Positions 33,069 to 44,114 of a stretch of DNA of 64,000 nucleotides are shown one piece after another. Where the stretch lies: positions 1,664,001-1,728,000 of the forward strand of contig CP000071.1 of assembly GCA_000002445.1 (NCBI GenBank). Direction: 5' to 3'. The DNA is from Trypanosoma brucei. Lineage: Eukaryota. Numbering within the stretch: the first letter of the stretch is position 1; every line of letters begins with the position of its first letter. The notes under the pieces are model-generated. The model was given only the letters and a program-made list of their open reading frames with translations. It was not told the origin of the DNA and ran no database searches. A program made the position numbers and the translations under genes.

Positions 33069-33457
33069 AGGGAGAGTCACGAAGAGGTGAAGGGTTGTGG
33101 GTTCGTCTGTCTAACTGACTGTGGTGTGGTACCCAAGACTGAAGAGGGGAAAGCAAGGGAATGGTGTAGGAAGATCCCCATTTTGTTGCAGGCCTTTATT
33201 GCCCTTTGTTTTTGCTTTTGTGCTCGCTACACGTACAGTATATCTCGCGGGCTTGGTTTTCTTTCCCTCCTCTGTCGGTGAACTACCAACGTGTTATTTG
33301 ATGTCTCCGCACGTCTGACCGAGTTGCAAAGCGGGGACGCTTTTTGGTGGTAGTCTAGGGCCTTCTTCGCCTGTTCCTCTTCTTCTTCCCACCGACAAAC
33401 ATTTTATAATTGGGAGTCTTGTGAGAGATAGTAGGCAGCCCCTGGGTTCTGTGAAGA

Positions 33458-34126
33458 ATGTCTGGAACTTTACTCAAGGAAGAGCTGCTACAGTTGGACA
33501 ACAAACGGCGATCCATAATGAGGGATATCGAGGAAGCCATGACATTCCTCAACTCCACACCAGTAGGGCTTCGCGGCAGTCTTGTGGACAGCGAGGGGTT
33601 CCCGCGTGATGATTGCGACCTCTACGCCGTACGTCGTGCACGGCACACTGTAAACTGCGGGCACAATGATCTTAAGTCTATCGAGGCTACCATTCACGAG
33701 AAGCTTTCGCAGCTGCATGAGGAATGCCGCGGGGAGGCGGAGGAGCAGATGCAGCGGGACAAAATGAAGAAGAAATCGGAGGACGATCAACGAAGGCGGG
33801 ACGAACAAAAGCAGGTGATGTCCAGCAAAGAACCATTCGTGCGTGTGGTAGACGTCGCGACTGGAAGCCCAGCTGAGGAAGGAGGCCTTATATGTGGTCA
33901 CCTCATAGTCCAGTACGGTGACGTAGATGCGGAAAAGGTGTTGGAAGGAGGTTTCGGCGAAATGGCGCGAGTTACATCGAGTTATGAGGGGCAGATGTTG
34001 CGAGTGTGGGTACGTTCTCCCAGTGATGATGACTGTGGTGGGGCACGAGAGCTTTTTATCGTTCCACAGAGATGGAGAGGTGAGGGTCTTTTAGGATGCA
34101 CATTTGAGCCAATGAAATTGAATTAG
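33458..34126 (+). CDS. 26S proteasome regulatory-particle assembly chaperone Nas2 / PSMD9 (p27), with an N-terminal coiled coil and a PDZ domain.
   Basis: LVDSEGFPRDDCDLYAVRRARHTVNCGHNDLK aligns with PSMD9 [32 protein letters not shown]. The C-terminal PDZ segment ends RWRGEGLLGCTF, compare RWAGKGLLGCNI. Confidence 0.88.
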   Translation: MSGTLLKEELLQLDNKRRSIMRDIEEAMTFLNSTPVGLRGSLVDSEGFPRDDCDLYAVRRARHTVNCGHNDLKSIEATIHEKLSQLHEECRGEAEEQMQRDKMKKKSEDDQRRRDEQKQVMSSKEPFVRVVDVATGSPAEEGGLICGHLIVQYGDVDAEKVLEGGFGEMARVTSSYEGQMLRVWVRSPSDDDCGGARELFIVPQRWRGEGLLGCTFEPMKLN

Positions 34127-34546
34127 CGCATACCCGTGTGCGATCGTGGCGGTTTTCGCAAGTGATGATGCGCTTGTCTGCATGCGATAAGACGTCGTGT
34201 CTCGGGTGTGCAGTGATGGGGTGTATGCTCTCATCGCGGGGTGTCGCTGCTTCCACACATGCTAGCTTTGCGGGGGTCGTGGAAGGGGGGCTGCGGCGCA
34301 ACCAGATGCGTCAAAAACGCGGACTATTAATGTAGATGCAGTTGAACTTTGCGCAGACTCCCTGTTTTTGGAGTTGCCGCTACTCTCTCCCTTCCCCTCG
34401 GAAGTTTAATTTTGCACCAAGTTTCTGTATGTTTCGCGTCTTTCCCCTTAAAATGAACGCCTCGTCCCTGGACCAAAACACCCGGTAGCACAACCCCACT
34501 TCTACTCCGTGACCCTCTTTCTTTGAAGGTTGCACAGTGCGAAAGC

Positions 34547-37183
34547 ATGCTGTCCTCTGCGCTCGGCATGGGACATTATACCCGTATTATTTCGGTATAC
34601 GAGCGCTTCGCCGTCCTTTCCACCTGCACCATCAAGCGAGAAGTGGAGCGGATGCTGCATTCCACATGCGCGGGTACCTCGCAGCAGCAGCACCAACATC
34701 AGCAACGCCAACTTCTCACCACCGTTTGTGATTTACTTGTGAAGAGTGGCGAGTGGCGGCGTGCATTTGCCGTGGCTCAACACCTTCCGCTAGCAGAGCG
34801 ACAAGCTATTGTATCTGCGGCAGAAAGGAGGCAGGAGGGCAACGCCGTAGAACAGGGGCAGACCACATTGGGTACTTCGGCGCCTTCGAACTGCGACACA
34901 TCAGCTCCCGGTAACCTTCACAAGGCCCTAAATGAGGATCTAGTCCGGATGGCCTTTGCTTTGCAGCGGAGTGGAAAGAAAGCGGCCTTAACCAGCGGCC
35001 GGGTTGAAACTGAGGGAAGTGTTGGTGTTGATGGCGAAATGCTGAATACGCAGCAGCGGATTTTTAGGGAGTTGAGTAGGCGGCACCGGTACAGAGAACT
35101 GATTCAGTGTGTAATAAACTGGAAGTCGAGGGGATTAATCCCCGTCAAACACAAATCAGTGGCAGATGTCAGATGTGCTAGTAGTGATGGTAGCATTGAC
35201 GAGCATCACAAGGTTAGTGGAGATGGAAACGGATCTACTATGGGGGCGGGCAGCAGTAGGGAGACTGGTATTAACAGGGACATCGTATTTAACGCTGAAC
35301 AGGCGCTGCAGTCACTCATCTTCAACTCCACTTCCGGGAAACAGTGGGAGGAGGCAATGCAACACCACCAAGCATTCTTTATTCACATGCTCCGCGACCC
35401 AATGGCAGCACAGCAACTGCTGCGAAAAACAGATGTTGGGTTTTTTTCTCAACTCCTTCTATCCCTTCTTAGGGACAGCAACGCCACAACCACCACCTTG
35501 TCTTCACCGTCTCAGGCTTGTGGCTTCAGAGAACAAGCAACTCCGTGGGACACTATTGCATCGATGTGTTTTGCGCTCCGCTCGCACGTGGGGCAACAAA
35601 AGAAGGTTCTCAAGGTTGAACTTTTGCATGCATTGTTGAGTGCCTTGAGAAGGGAAGCCAAGACGGTGACAGTAACGAGGGAGAATGCTGGTTTTAACTC
35701 ACGGTCGAATGTTGTTTCCGCCGCCGCGACAAGCATGATGCGATCACTACCTGATGATATCGGTGATCGGTCTATGCGGTCTTCTGTTGAGGGGCTTTGC
35801 GTGCCGTTAGTACATCACAACGAGGCGCAGGCGCGGTTCATCGGCCTCCCTCTCTTCGTGGATTTGGCACTTGCGATGTGTGACTGCGGCGTACCGGTTA
35901 CCAATGCATTAGTTCAGTGTATGCTCCTCTGTTTGGGGAATATGCAACGCCATCGGCTAAGTGAAACGGTACCGGTTCCACAAACCAAGGCGTTGAAAAG
36001 GGAACGCGAACTGATAATGAGCTTGGTAACCGAACCACGGGCTGTGCGCTGGCTTCCTGCCTTGCGACTTTTGCAAACATGTAGCGAGCAGCACCACTTT
36101 TTGGTTACATCTGCGCATCTGCGATGCCTTCTTGGTGGCTTACAGAGTATTTCTATCCGTCAGACGTGGCCCGCTGCTCTTTCCGCTGCATCGTTCCTGA
36201 TGACCCGTCACCACATTTTCCCAGATGAAGCGTCTGTGGAGAAATTAATGCTTAACCTCCATGCGGCGTCATGGCAACGCGTGTTTGAGGTGCTGCGCCT
36301 ATACGATCGGAAGCACATCCAGCCGTCACCCACTATTCTTCGTGATTTACACGTTGTGGCAATGAAGCACAGTTCGTGGGATACGGTTCTGCGTGTTATG
36401 CAGAGCATTAAAGATGTGGGTCACCAGCAGGCAGGGTTTATGAACTATGTATACTGTTTGCGGGCTTACGGATGCGCGGGGAAGTGGAACAGCGCTGTGA
36501 AACTATTTATGCAACTGAAAGACGTTCCCCGCATCGGCCTCCCACGCCCCGCCCTCAATGAAAAGACGGTGGCAGTTCCCGTGATAGCCATGATGGAAAA
36601 CAATCATTGGGAGGAAGTCATACATTTTGCTAACACTGTGTGGAAAAAATGTGGCGCGGGATTAACAGTTGAAGGGGCTGAGGTCACCCGTGCTGCCACG
36701 CTCCTTTCTCTCGTCCACATTGGTGAGTCTCAAAGAGTAGCGACTTTCTTGAACAATTGTTGCGGGCAACGGAACGCCCGCGGTACCAACGCATCAGTTT
36801 CAGCTGACGGGAATCTAATTCCTGACACCGGATCATCGGAGGTGCTTCGGGGGATTGTGGTACGGGCGGCCCAGCTACAAACGCTTCTCGGTATGGAGCA
36901 CCTCAATTCACCTATCCGCCTCGTGTTTGATCTCCTTGGCGCCGATAAAGACGGCGATAAAGCAGAGCAATTCTCAGTGGACACTCGCAGTCGCTCCCCT
37001 CGCCCGCAGCTGTACCTTCCGCCGCAGCACATTCAGCATCAACACGAGTGGTTCGCAACGACGTTAGGCCACATGACGCGCCATGACGAGCGTCTCTTCT
37101 GCGCCGCTGCCCAACAGGCGGTGGCTGAGGCCATGTCTTCCATTGGTGTGGCACCCGTGTACCTGAAGGCGGCTCTGCTCTAA
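34547..37183 (+). CDS. Hypothetical alpha-helical repeat protein, possibly PPR-like, about 878 aa.
   Basis: A long ORF on the coding strand. Degenerate 35-residue helical-repeat-like segments such as FMNYVYCLRAYGCAGKWNSAVKLFMQLKD and WDTVLRVMQSIKDVGHQQ. There is an N-terminal poly-Q/H low-complexity region. I found no catalytic motif. Confidence 0.5.
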   Translation: MLSSALGMGHYTRIISVYERFAVLSTCTIKREVERMLHSTCAGTSQQQHQHQQRQLLTTVCDLLVKSGEWRRAFAVAQHLPLAERQAIVSAAERRQEGNAVEQGQTTLGTSAPSNCDTSAPGNLHKALNEDLVRMAFALQRSGKKAALTSGRVETEGSVGVDGEMLNTQQRIFRELSRRHRYRELIQCVINWKSRGLIPVKHKSVADVRCASSDGSIDEHHKVSGDGNGSTMGAGSSRETGINRDIVFNAEQALQSLIFNSTSGKQWEEAMQHHQAFFIHMLRDPMAAQQLLRKTDVGFFSQLLLSLLRDSNATTTTLSSPSQACGFREQATPWDTIASMCFALRSHVGQQKKVLKVELLHALLSALRREAKTVTVTRENAGFNSRSNVVSAAATSMMRSLPDDIGDRSMRSSVEGLCVPLVHHNEAQARFIGLPLFVDLALAMCDCGVPVTNALVQCMLLCLGNMQRHRLSETVPVPQTKALKRERELIMSLVTEPRAVRWLPALRLLQTCSEQHHFLVTSAHLRCLLGGLQSISIRQTWPAALSAASFLMTRHHIFPDEASVEKLMLNLHAASWQRVFEVLRLYDRKHIQPSPTILRDLHVVAMKHSSWDTVLRVMQSIKDVGHQQAGFMNYVYCLRAYGCAGKWNSAVKLFMQLKDVPRIGLPRPALNEKTVAVPVIAMMENNHWEEVIHFANTVWKKCGAGLTVEGAEVTRAATLLSLVHIGESQRVATFLNNCCGQRNARGTNASVSADGNLIPDTGSSEVLRGIVVRAAQLQTLLGMEHLNSPIRLVFDLLGADKDGDKAEQFSVDTRSRSPRPQLYLPPQHIQHQHEWFATTLGHMTRHDERLFCAAAQQAVAEAMSSIGVAPVYLKAALL

Positions 37184-37925
37184 GGAACTGATCTTTAAGG
37201 AATATTTGCACCCGACTATATCTGTGTGTATGTGCAGAAAATAGTGTATCGAACTGTCACGCGACGTATCGGAGGGTAACAACCGACTTCCCAACAATAG
37301 TTGAATTCTTTTTTTTTTTTTGAGAGGGGGGGGGGTAACGGTATGTTACTAGTTTTCGTCTACTTCGTTTCAATCCTTTTCTGGAATTGCAACCTGCTGG
37401 GTTTCTTTTAGCGTTGTTAGTGCGTGAATAGGAGTCTCACGATTTGGCACTACCTTTATTTCCTTCCTTCTCCGTTGGCTGTATCTATTCGAAGTCAAGA
37501 AGCAACGGGAAAATAGGAAGAAAAAAGCAAATCGACCGTACTTTCGTAGACAGCGAGGGGGGGGGGGAAGACCTACCACAGGACTAAATCAAAAAAAAAA
37601 AAATCACAAATAGAGGGAATTCAAAGTATAAAACAGTGCAAACAAAGGTGTCTTCATCCTCAAAGGGAAGTGGAAGTAGGAGATAATTTTTTTGGAGGAG
37701 GGATTAAATAAGCAGAAAAAGGTCAGTAGTCTTTTTTTGTAGCGATAACCCCCGCAGGTTTAAGAAGGGGTATAAAATATAAGAACAAAACGGAAGTCGT
37801 GCAAATTGGGTGGTGTGTTTGCCTTCTGTCAGAAAGGTAACTGAGCAGAAAACAACTTCTAAAAGAAGGTGCGGGGAACGAACGAGGTGGAAAAGCGCTC
37901 AAACAAAATCTATTCCTCCACAGAA

Positions 37926-39362
37926 ATGAACACACCACTGCATGCCGCAGCAGCGGTGGGCGACATTAGGGCTCTTGTGAGGATAAGCAGGGTTAGCAGC
38001 ACTAATGTTAACGCCGTGGATGAAGAGGGACGTACGCCCTTGCACATCGCCGCAGAGAAGGGAAATATGGAGTTTGTACGGATGTTGTTCCGGAAATTCA
38101 ACGGTGTTGACACAACGATTCTTGACAACAGTAGCAAGACGGCTGTTCAGCGGGCGCCGGTGGAACAGCAACAGCAGTTAACACTCCTCCTGTCAGTGGA
38201 GGAAGCTAATACAATTGCACGTGCTAAGGACAATTTAAACGTTAAGAGGGAGAAGGAGGAGGAGGAAAATGTGTACAAGGACCATGACGTGGAAGGCTCT
38301 GATATGGTGAACCCGCAGGTACTTCGTAAGATTGTCATCTGCCTTTTGGTGCCGTTTGTTTACCCCCTGTTAAACATGGGGACCATCTTCGTCCTCCAGT
38401 ACGCTGCCCTGACATTCGTCTTCTACTTCGTTGTGGTGGGCTATTTTCTATCGGAATTTACGATCAAGCCGCCGTGGTACCATCACCATCCAAAGAGTAA
38501 TGAGTTGACGGCCCGTGGTTGCCCTGACTATTGGAACGGTTGCGTTAACGACCCGTTCAAAGACTTGGGGCTGCAGTTCGATAACGTATCTTTCATTTCT
38601 ACAGACCAATATGTACTTCGTGGATGGCATGTCCCACCACCGAGTGATAAGCCGCGGGGAATGGGTGTCGTCCTCGTGCACGGCGGTGGTAGGGACCGTC
38701 GGGCGTGGCTCCGTCATGTTCCTTTCCTTCACAATGCAGGATACGGATGCTTACTGTTTGATTTCCGCGAGCATGGGCTGAGCGACGGTAACATGCGCGG
38801 TTTCACATATGGCATGAAAGAGAGGTTTGATGTAGTAGCAGCATGCCACTTCATGCGTTCCGAATGTGGTTACAACCGTATCTGTGCAATGGGGACAAGC
38901 GTGGGCGCGTCGTCAGCGATCATGGCTGCTGCAATTGACAAAACCATTGATATCATAGTGGCGGAGAATGCGATTCTGACCTGCGCAGCACTGCAGGATC
39001 AGCAGATCGTTAACATTATCGGCGGTTACTTTGCCAGACGAGTGTACAGTACCTTCTTTTTTAACCTCCTTCGTAGAACTGCGTCGTTCTGGCTCAACTA
39101 CCGTATAGGCAACAAGCCCAGCAAGCACTGTCAAGCGCTGCACTGTATTGCAAAAGTGTCTCCACGACCCATCTTACTTATGCATGGTACTGCCGACGAG
39201 CTCGTCCCGTGCCGCCACTCTCAGAAGTTGTTCGAAGAGGCCTCTGAGCCGAAGGAGTTGTACCTCGCAGAGGGGGCGTTCCACTGCGGGTTGCACAACA
39301 CACATAAGGAGGAGTACGAGGCGAGGGTTTTGGGCTTCCTCCAGCGGTACGGTGGGGGGTGA
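37926..39362 (+). CDS. Ankyrin-repeat plus transmembrane plus alpha/beta-hydrolase fusion protein, a serine hydrolase of the BEM46/ABHD type.
   Basis: Two ankyrin repeats (TPLHAAAAVGDIRALV..., GRTPLHIAAEKGNMEFVRMLF). Hydrophobic helices (IVICLLVPFVYPLL, FVLQYAALTFVFYFVVVGYFL). The hydrolase core is VVLVHGGGRD, the nucleophile elbow GTSVG, the acid in LLMHGTADELVP and the His in GAFHCG. The ORF-track ORF starts at 37869, and the ATG at 37926 begins the ankyrin region. Confidence 0.8.
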   Translation: MNTPLHAAAAVGDIRALVRISRVSSTNVNAVDEEGRTPLHIAAEKGNMEFVRMLFRKFNGVDTTILDNSSKTAVQRAPVEQQQQLTLLLSVEEANTIARAKDNLNVKREKEEEENVYKDHDVEGSDMVNPQVLRKIVICLLVPFVYPLLNMGTIFVLQYAALTFVFYFVVVGYFLSEFTIKPPWYHHHPKSNELTARGCPDYWNGCVNDPFKDLGLQFDNVSFISTDQYVLRGWHVPPPSDKPRGMGVVLVHGGGRDRRAWLRHVPFLHNAGYGCLLFDFREHGLSDGNMRGFTYGMKERFDVVAACHFMRSECGYNRICAMGTSVGASSAIMAAAIDKTIDIIVAENAILTCAALQDQQIVNIIGGYFARRVYSTFFFNLLRRTASFWLNYRIGNKPSKHCQALHCIAKVSPRPILLMHGTADELVPCRHSQKLFEEASEPKELYLAEGAFHCGLHNTHKEEYEARVLGFLQRYGGG

Positions 39363-40560
39363 AGGCCATTCGAGAAAACAGAAGGATCAGGGATGGAAAC
39401 GAAGGGGTGCAGGAAGTGAAGCTTGGAAGGGCCGGGAAGAACGGTAAAGACCCGAAATGAATAAATAGAATGAATGGAAAAGGATTGCAGACAAAGAGTA
39501 AAGACCTGAGTGCACACGTGTCCCCGTGGTGCGTCACTCCCAAGTGCCGCCCCATCACTCGAGCGTACAGAGGGCGAGAAAGCTTCTTGGAAATCTCACA
39601 TATTACCCCTTCAGCCTTCGTCTTCTCATCCTCTTTCGCCTTTCTGGAACTCCCTTTATCAACTCCCTTTATCCTCACCACCGTGTTGTTTGCAGGAAGC
39701 TGTGGCTCCCGCCCCCCCCCCAACTGCAGTTGTAAATGAACGTATTCGCGATCTCATCCTTTCCCCCTCTCCCTTCTCTCACCTTTCTAAGAAGCATTCA
39801 ACTCTTATTTAGCCCATTTTGGGGTGTGTTCCCACAACAATAAAAGACGCCCATTTCTTTTCTCCGCCGTTCGGCGCCCTTTCTTTCAACGACTACCGTT
39901 GCTGAAGTTTATATGCATTATGAACCCCAGCGCTTTCTTTTTAAGTTTTTTCTGCGGTTGATTTTTTTTACCCTCGTTACCTTTGCGTCGCGTTACAGTG
40001 AGGTCGCAGACACAGGGCGGTCATGTGTTGATCCCAGTACAGAAAGGCCAGTCCTAAGGAGGCTTTACCTACCTTTAATCTTACCTCATATTTTCCTTTT
40101 TCCTTTTATGCACTTCCGTTTTCTTTGTTTTTGCTTTTCGCGCACACATGTATTTATTCGATCTCTAGTTGGGGTGAAGCTGCACCAGGAGCGGTTAATG
40201 GGGAATGATGAATGTCGCGAATTATATGCGAAGAATTCTGTAAATAGGAGGTGAATAATAGGAATGAAGAAATTGGTGGGATCTTTTGCGCTATAGCGGT
40301 AGCGTGCTCAATGTGGGAGGGCTCGTTGTTGTGTTATTCAATTTGTCGTTAAGAGTACCGTTTCTGCCACCTTTTCTTTTTTCCAAAAAAAAAAACACAT
40401 TGTGTGCGTGTGCGTTGGGGAGCGAAGCAGTGAACTAGTGGTTGAAAAGTGGGCCGTGTGAACTTCACCCCAACCGTTCTTGCTGTGCCCCCTCGTGCGC
40501 CGTATATTTGTGTCTAGAACACTCTAGAGCCCGTAATGGCTAAAACACGTCTTTTTCCCT

Positions 40561-40619
40561 GTCTAACTCTCCTTTCTACCCGCCTCTCTCTCTCTCTCTG
40601 TGTGTGCTTTCCCGTGTTG
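40561..40619 (+). promoter_or_regulatory. Polypyrimidine/(CT)n tract plus AG, a candidate trans-splice acceptor upstream of ELP3.
   Basis: tctaactctcctttctacccgcctctctctctctctctgtgtgtgctttcccgtgttgAG. Confidence 0.45.
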
Positions 40620-40763
40620 AGTTTGCTCGATGTTTAGATTGTAACGCAACAAGCAACAACGCAAACGTTAACCTCTATTCTTTCCGTGTTTGCAACGTAC
40701 AAACATAATCTTAGAATCCCATAGGGGATATTTACTTGCGTTGTTCAGGTGACTGAGGTTAGA

Positions 40764-42803
40764 ATGCTACACGCTAGTGGTAATGGCGCGGTAGGTGACG
40801 GTGAAGAGGAGTCTACTGGTTCCTTCATTCCTGACATGCAAAAAGTAAATGCAAAATTGCGTAACTTGCCTACGCTGGAACGACTCCTGCAGGAAAAAGA
40901 TCCCAATGAGTTCACAGATGAGGAAATGGGCAACGCTCTGAAGTTTGTTGAGGCAATTGCGGGGACTGAGGTGTCGACGACTCAAACCATTGAGCAACAG
41001 CTCCGTCAGCTCATGAAAAAATATTCTGTTGTAATAAAGAAATCACTGCTTCTCGCTGCATACAGGAAGTGGTTAGCAGAGGACCAACGGCGGACCGGCA
41101 ACGCCGTGTTGGAGCGTTACTTAATTTCGAAAGCCCCACGCAGTCAGTCAGGGGTGCTGGTAGTGACTGTCTTTACCTCCGCCTACCCGGAGGGGCAAAA
41201 GTTTAGCTGCAAGTGGAATTGCTACTATTGTCCCAACGAGCCCGGGCAGCCGCGTAGTTACCTCCTTAACGAACCTGGTGTGCGCCGTGCAAACCGCTTA
41301 GAATTCGACCCCTACCGCCAGTTTCAGGACCGTGTGAGGTCGCTTGTCGCTATTGGTCACCCAGCGGACAAGGTAGAGCTTTTGGTACTGGGAGGTACGT
41401 GGGAAAGCTACCCACTCTCCTACCGTGAGACTTTCATTAGGGATCTTTTTTACGCCGCTAACACATTGTATGATGATGATGCGAGTAACAGCGACTCTAC
41501 CGTTACCGAAGAGAGGAAGAGGGGTGCGACCGCCGGGGAAAGTGGAAGACCACGGCCTCCACTGGACTTACTGCAGGAGCAACTCCTGAATGAAACAGCC
41601 GCTTGTAAGATTATTGGGGTAACCCTTGAAACGCGGCCCGATACCGTGAATGAGGAAATGTTGCGGCAGCTGCGTCGGTTTGGTTGCACACGCGTACAGC
41701 TTGGTGTGCAGCACACAGATGATGCAGTCCTGCTTGCGGTCAATCGGCAATCCACGAGGGATGAGGCGGTTCACGCCATTAAGTTGCTGAAGGACAGCTG
41801 CTTTAAAGTTGATATCCACCTAATGCCAGACCTTCCGGGGTCTACACCAGAGAATGACAAGAAAATGTTTTCTGACGTTCTATACTCACCCGAGCTACAG
41901 GCTGATCAGTGGAAAATTTATCCCTGCCAAACGACGCCCTTCAGCGTTATCGAAGAGTGGTACAAGGAGGGAAAGTATCAACCCTATGGTCTTACCAATT
42001 TGATTGACGTCATTCTCTTTGCTAAACGGCGCGTTCAACCATGGGTGCGACTCAACCGTGTAGTGCGTGACATTCCGCATGATTACATACTTGGTGGAGT
42101 GGACGTGTCAAATCTCCGCCAGCTACTTGCGGTTCGCCTTGCTGAGGAGGGTTCCCGCTGCCAGTGCATCCGCTGCCGTGAGGTTAAGGGTGATGCAGCA
42201 GCTGCTGCAAAGCTTCGAGAGGCTGTGCTGGTGGAGCGGCGTTATTCGGCGAGTGAAGGAGAAGAAGTGTTTGTCTCCTGTGAATCAGCTGATGGTTTAA
42301 CACTTTTTGGTTTCCTGAGAATTCGAATTCATATAGAAAACTGGGAAACACCTTTCGAGGAGCTTAAATCGTGCGCGTTAATTCGAGAATTGCATGTGTA
42401 TGGCAGCCTTGTCCCGGCGCACACAGAGGCAGACAACGCTAAAGCACAACACCGCGGGGTAGGTACAAAGCTGTTACAGCGGGCGGAAAGCATAGCTCGG
42501 AAAGAAGGATACCACCGCATCGCCGTTATTAGCGGTGTAGGGGTGCGCAATTATTATCGTTGCAAAGGTTACGCTCTCTTTACAGGTCCCGAATCCGGAG
42601 ATTTTCTCATAAAGGAGTTGCAAGATGGCGAAGAAAGTGAAAAAGCTAAGGTGGATGACCATCAACAGTGTAGCAATGATGCGAACCAGAGGGACTCGAC
42701 ACAGGCTGCTGATGGTGGGGACGCAGCTGGTTCCGTTATTACAAGCCTGTGGAGCCGCTTAACTTCCTTTTGGCAGGGGCTTAAGCGGCCCCGAGGCCAG
42801 TGA
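40764..42803 (+). CDS. ELP3: Elongator complex protein 3 (ELP3), combining radical-SAM and GNAT acetyltransferase domains, with an acidic C-terminal extension.
   Basis: The radical-SAM cluster is CKWNCYYCPNEPG (CxxxCxxC). YDPYRQFQDRVRSLVAIGHPADKVELLVLGGTWESYP matches the ELP3 consensus. The GNAT motif RELHVYGSLVPAHTEADNAKAQHRGVGTKLLQRAESIARKEGY compares with RELHVYGSVVP...QHQGFG. There are about 60 extra C-terminal residues, DGEESEKAKVDDHQQ... Confidence 0.9.
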   Translation: MLHASGNGAVGDGEEESTGSFIPDMQKVNAKLRNLPTLERLLQEKDPNEFTDEEMGNALKFVEAIAGTEVSTTQTIEQQLRQLMKKYSVVIKKSLLLAAYRKWLAEDQRRTGNAVLERYLISKAPRSQSGVLVVTVFTSAYPEGQKFSCKWNCYYCPNEPGQPRSYLLNEPGVRRANRLEFDPYRQFQDRVRSLVAIGHPADKVELLVLGGTWESYPLSYRETFIRDLFYAANTLYDDDASNSDSTVTEERKRGATAGESGRPRPPLDLLQEQLLNETAACKIIGVTLETRPDTVNEEMLRQLRRFGCTRVQLGVQHTDDAVLLAVNRQSTRDEAVHAIKLLKDSCFKVDIHLMPDLPGSTPENDKKMFSDVLYSPELQADQWKIYPCQTTPFSVIEEWYKEGKYQPYGLTNLIDVILFAKRRVQPWVRLNRVVRDIPHDYILGGVDVSNLRQLLAVRLAEEGSRCQCIRCREVKGDAAAAAKLREAVLVERRYSASEGEEVFVSCESADGLTLFGFLRIRIHIENWETPFEELKSCALIRELHVYGSLVPAHTEADNAKAQHRGVGTKLLQRAESIARKEGYHRIAVISGVGVRNYYRCKGYALFTGPESGDFLIKELQDGEESEKAKVDDHQQCSNDANQRDSTQAADGGDAAGSVITSLWSRLTSFWQGLKRPRGQ

Positions 42804-43583
42804 TATGTGTGACTCCTCCCCCCCCCCCCTATATGTTCATTGGGGATGCAGCAATATCCGCAACCAATCATATGGAGGGTGGAGCTGCGGGGGGAAGCGT
42901 ATCTACAATAGCTAAAGTTCAACTCCTCTCTGCTTCAAGGAGTCCCAGATTTTGCCGTAAGACAATGAGTGGTGTTTTCACGTACGAGTAAGGTTTTAAC
43001 TAGTTTGATGAATATTAGTATTGACAGTGTTCTATCTAATACCCTTCTGCTTTGCCGCGGCACACGATCTCTATATGTGCGCCACGTTTATTTCGGTATC
43101 TTCACTCCTTCCCTCCCCCCCCAATTCCAAACTTCCCATCTTAGCTCTTGTTGTTGTTGAACTGAAACCATTGGTGGACACCAAAAACAGTTCTTGCTAC
43201 ACGTCACCACCGCACGCTGTCGCCGGATTAGCAAGAGATATTCCAGCAGTGTTACCCAGGTGCACAATTCGGTTACGGTGTTCAAGCTGGAATTCCTCGG
43301 CGTGGGCAGTGCTCTGCCTGAGCAGCAATAAGGTCTAGCGCGACCCCGTGCGTTGGCGTTAATAACAAAGTAGTAGGTCCGCTGACGTAGAGGTGACTCA
43401 CATAGCTGGATAGGATTTAATTCTTTGGCCAACCTGTTCTGTGTAATATACTTCTGACCATAGCGGACGAAGGAGGAAGTGCTCATATCTTTTCTCTAAG
43501 GAAAAGGCGTGACCAGGCTTCGATACAGCGAAACGCAAACGTACAAACATATATACCGGTGAAGTGTGTCCCATCTCAGAAGC

Positions 43584-44114
43584 ATGGACGTCAACTGTAC
43601 ATTGATTGAGTGCCTGGACGCGAAGGACAACAAGCGTGTTCTTTTTAACTTCCTCATTCTTGACGCCCCATCACCGAGTAGCCTACCAGCATATCTGAAA
43701 GCACTGCAACGGCGGCAGGTGCGTCACCTTGTACGTGTGTGTGGTCCGACATACGACGCCACCCTCGTCGAGAAAAATGGCATTGAGGTGCACAGCTGGC
43801 CCTTCGACGACGGTGCGCCGCCCCCGCGTGGGGTGTTGGAATCCTGGTTCCGTTTGCTGGACACCGAAAAGGCCCATCTTGATTCTGGCGACATCAAACA
43901 GCCGGCCACTATCGCAATCCATTGCGTCGCTGGACTCGGCCGGGCCCCGATCCTCGTTGCTGTGGCGCTTGTGGAGTACGGCGGCTTAGCTCCACTTGAC
44001 ACCATAACGCTCATTCGTGAGCGGAGGCGTGGGGCGATCAACCAAACGCAGATGCACTGGCTTGTAAAGTACAAGAGACGTGGTGGTAATGGGGGAGGTT
44101 GCGCCATCATGTAA
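43584..44114 (+). CDS. PRL-type protein tyrosine phosphatase (phosphatase of regenerating liver) with a C-terminal CAAX prenylation box.
   Basis: HLVRVCGPTYDATLVEKNGIEVHSWPFDDGAPPP and the P-loop IAIHCVAGLGRAPILVAVALVEYG are collinear with PRL-1/2/3. The C-terminal CAIM is a CAAX box at about 44100-44111. Confidence 0.9.
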   Translation: MDVNCTLIECLDAKDNKRVLFNFLILDAPSPSSLPAYLKALQRRQVRHLVRVCGPTYDATLVEKNGIEVHSWPFDDGAPPPRGVLESWFRLLDTEKAHLDSGDIKQPATIAIHCVAGLGRAPILVAVALVEYGGLAPLDTITLIRERRRGAINQTQMHWLVKYKRRGGNGGGCAIM

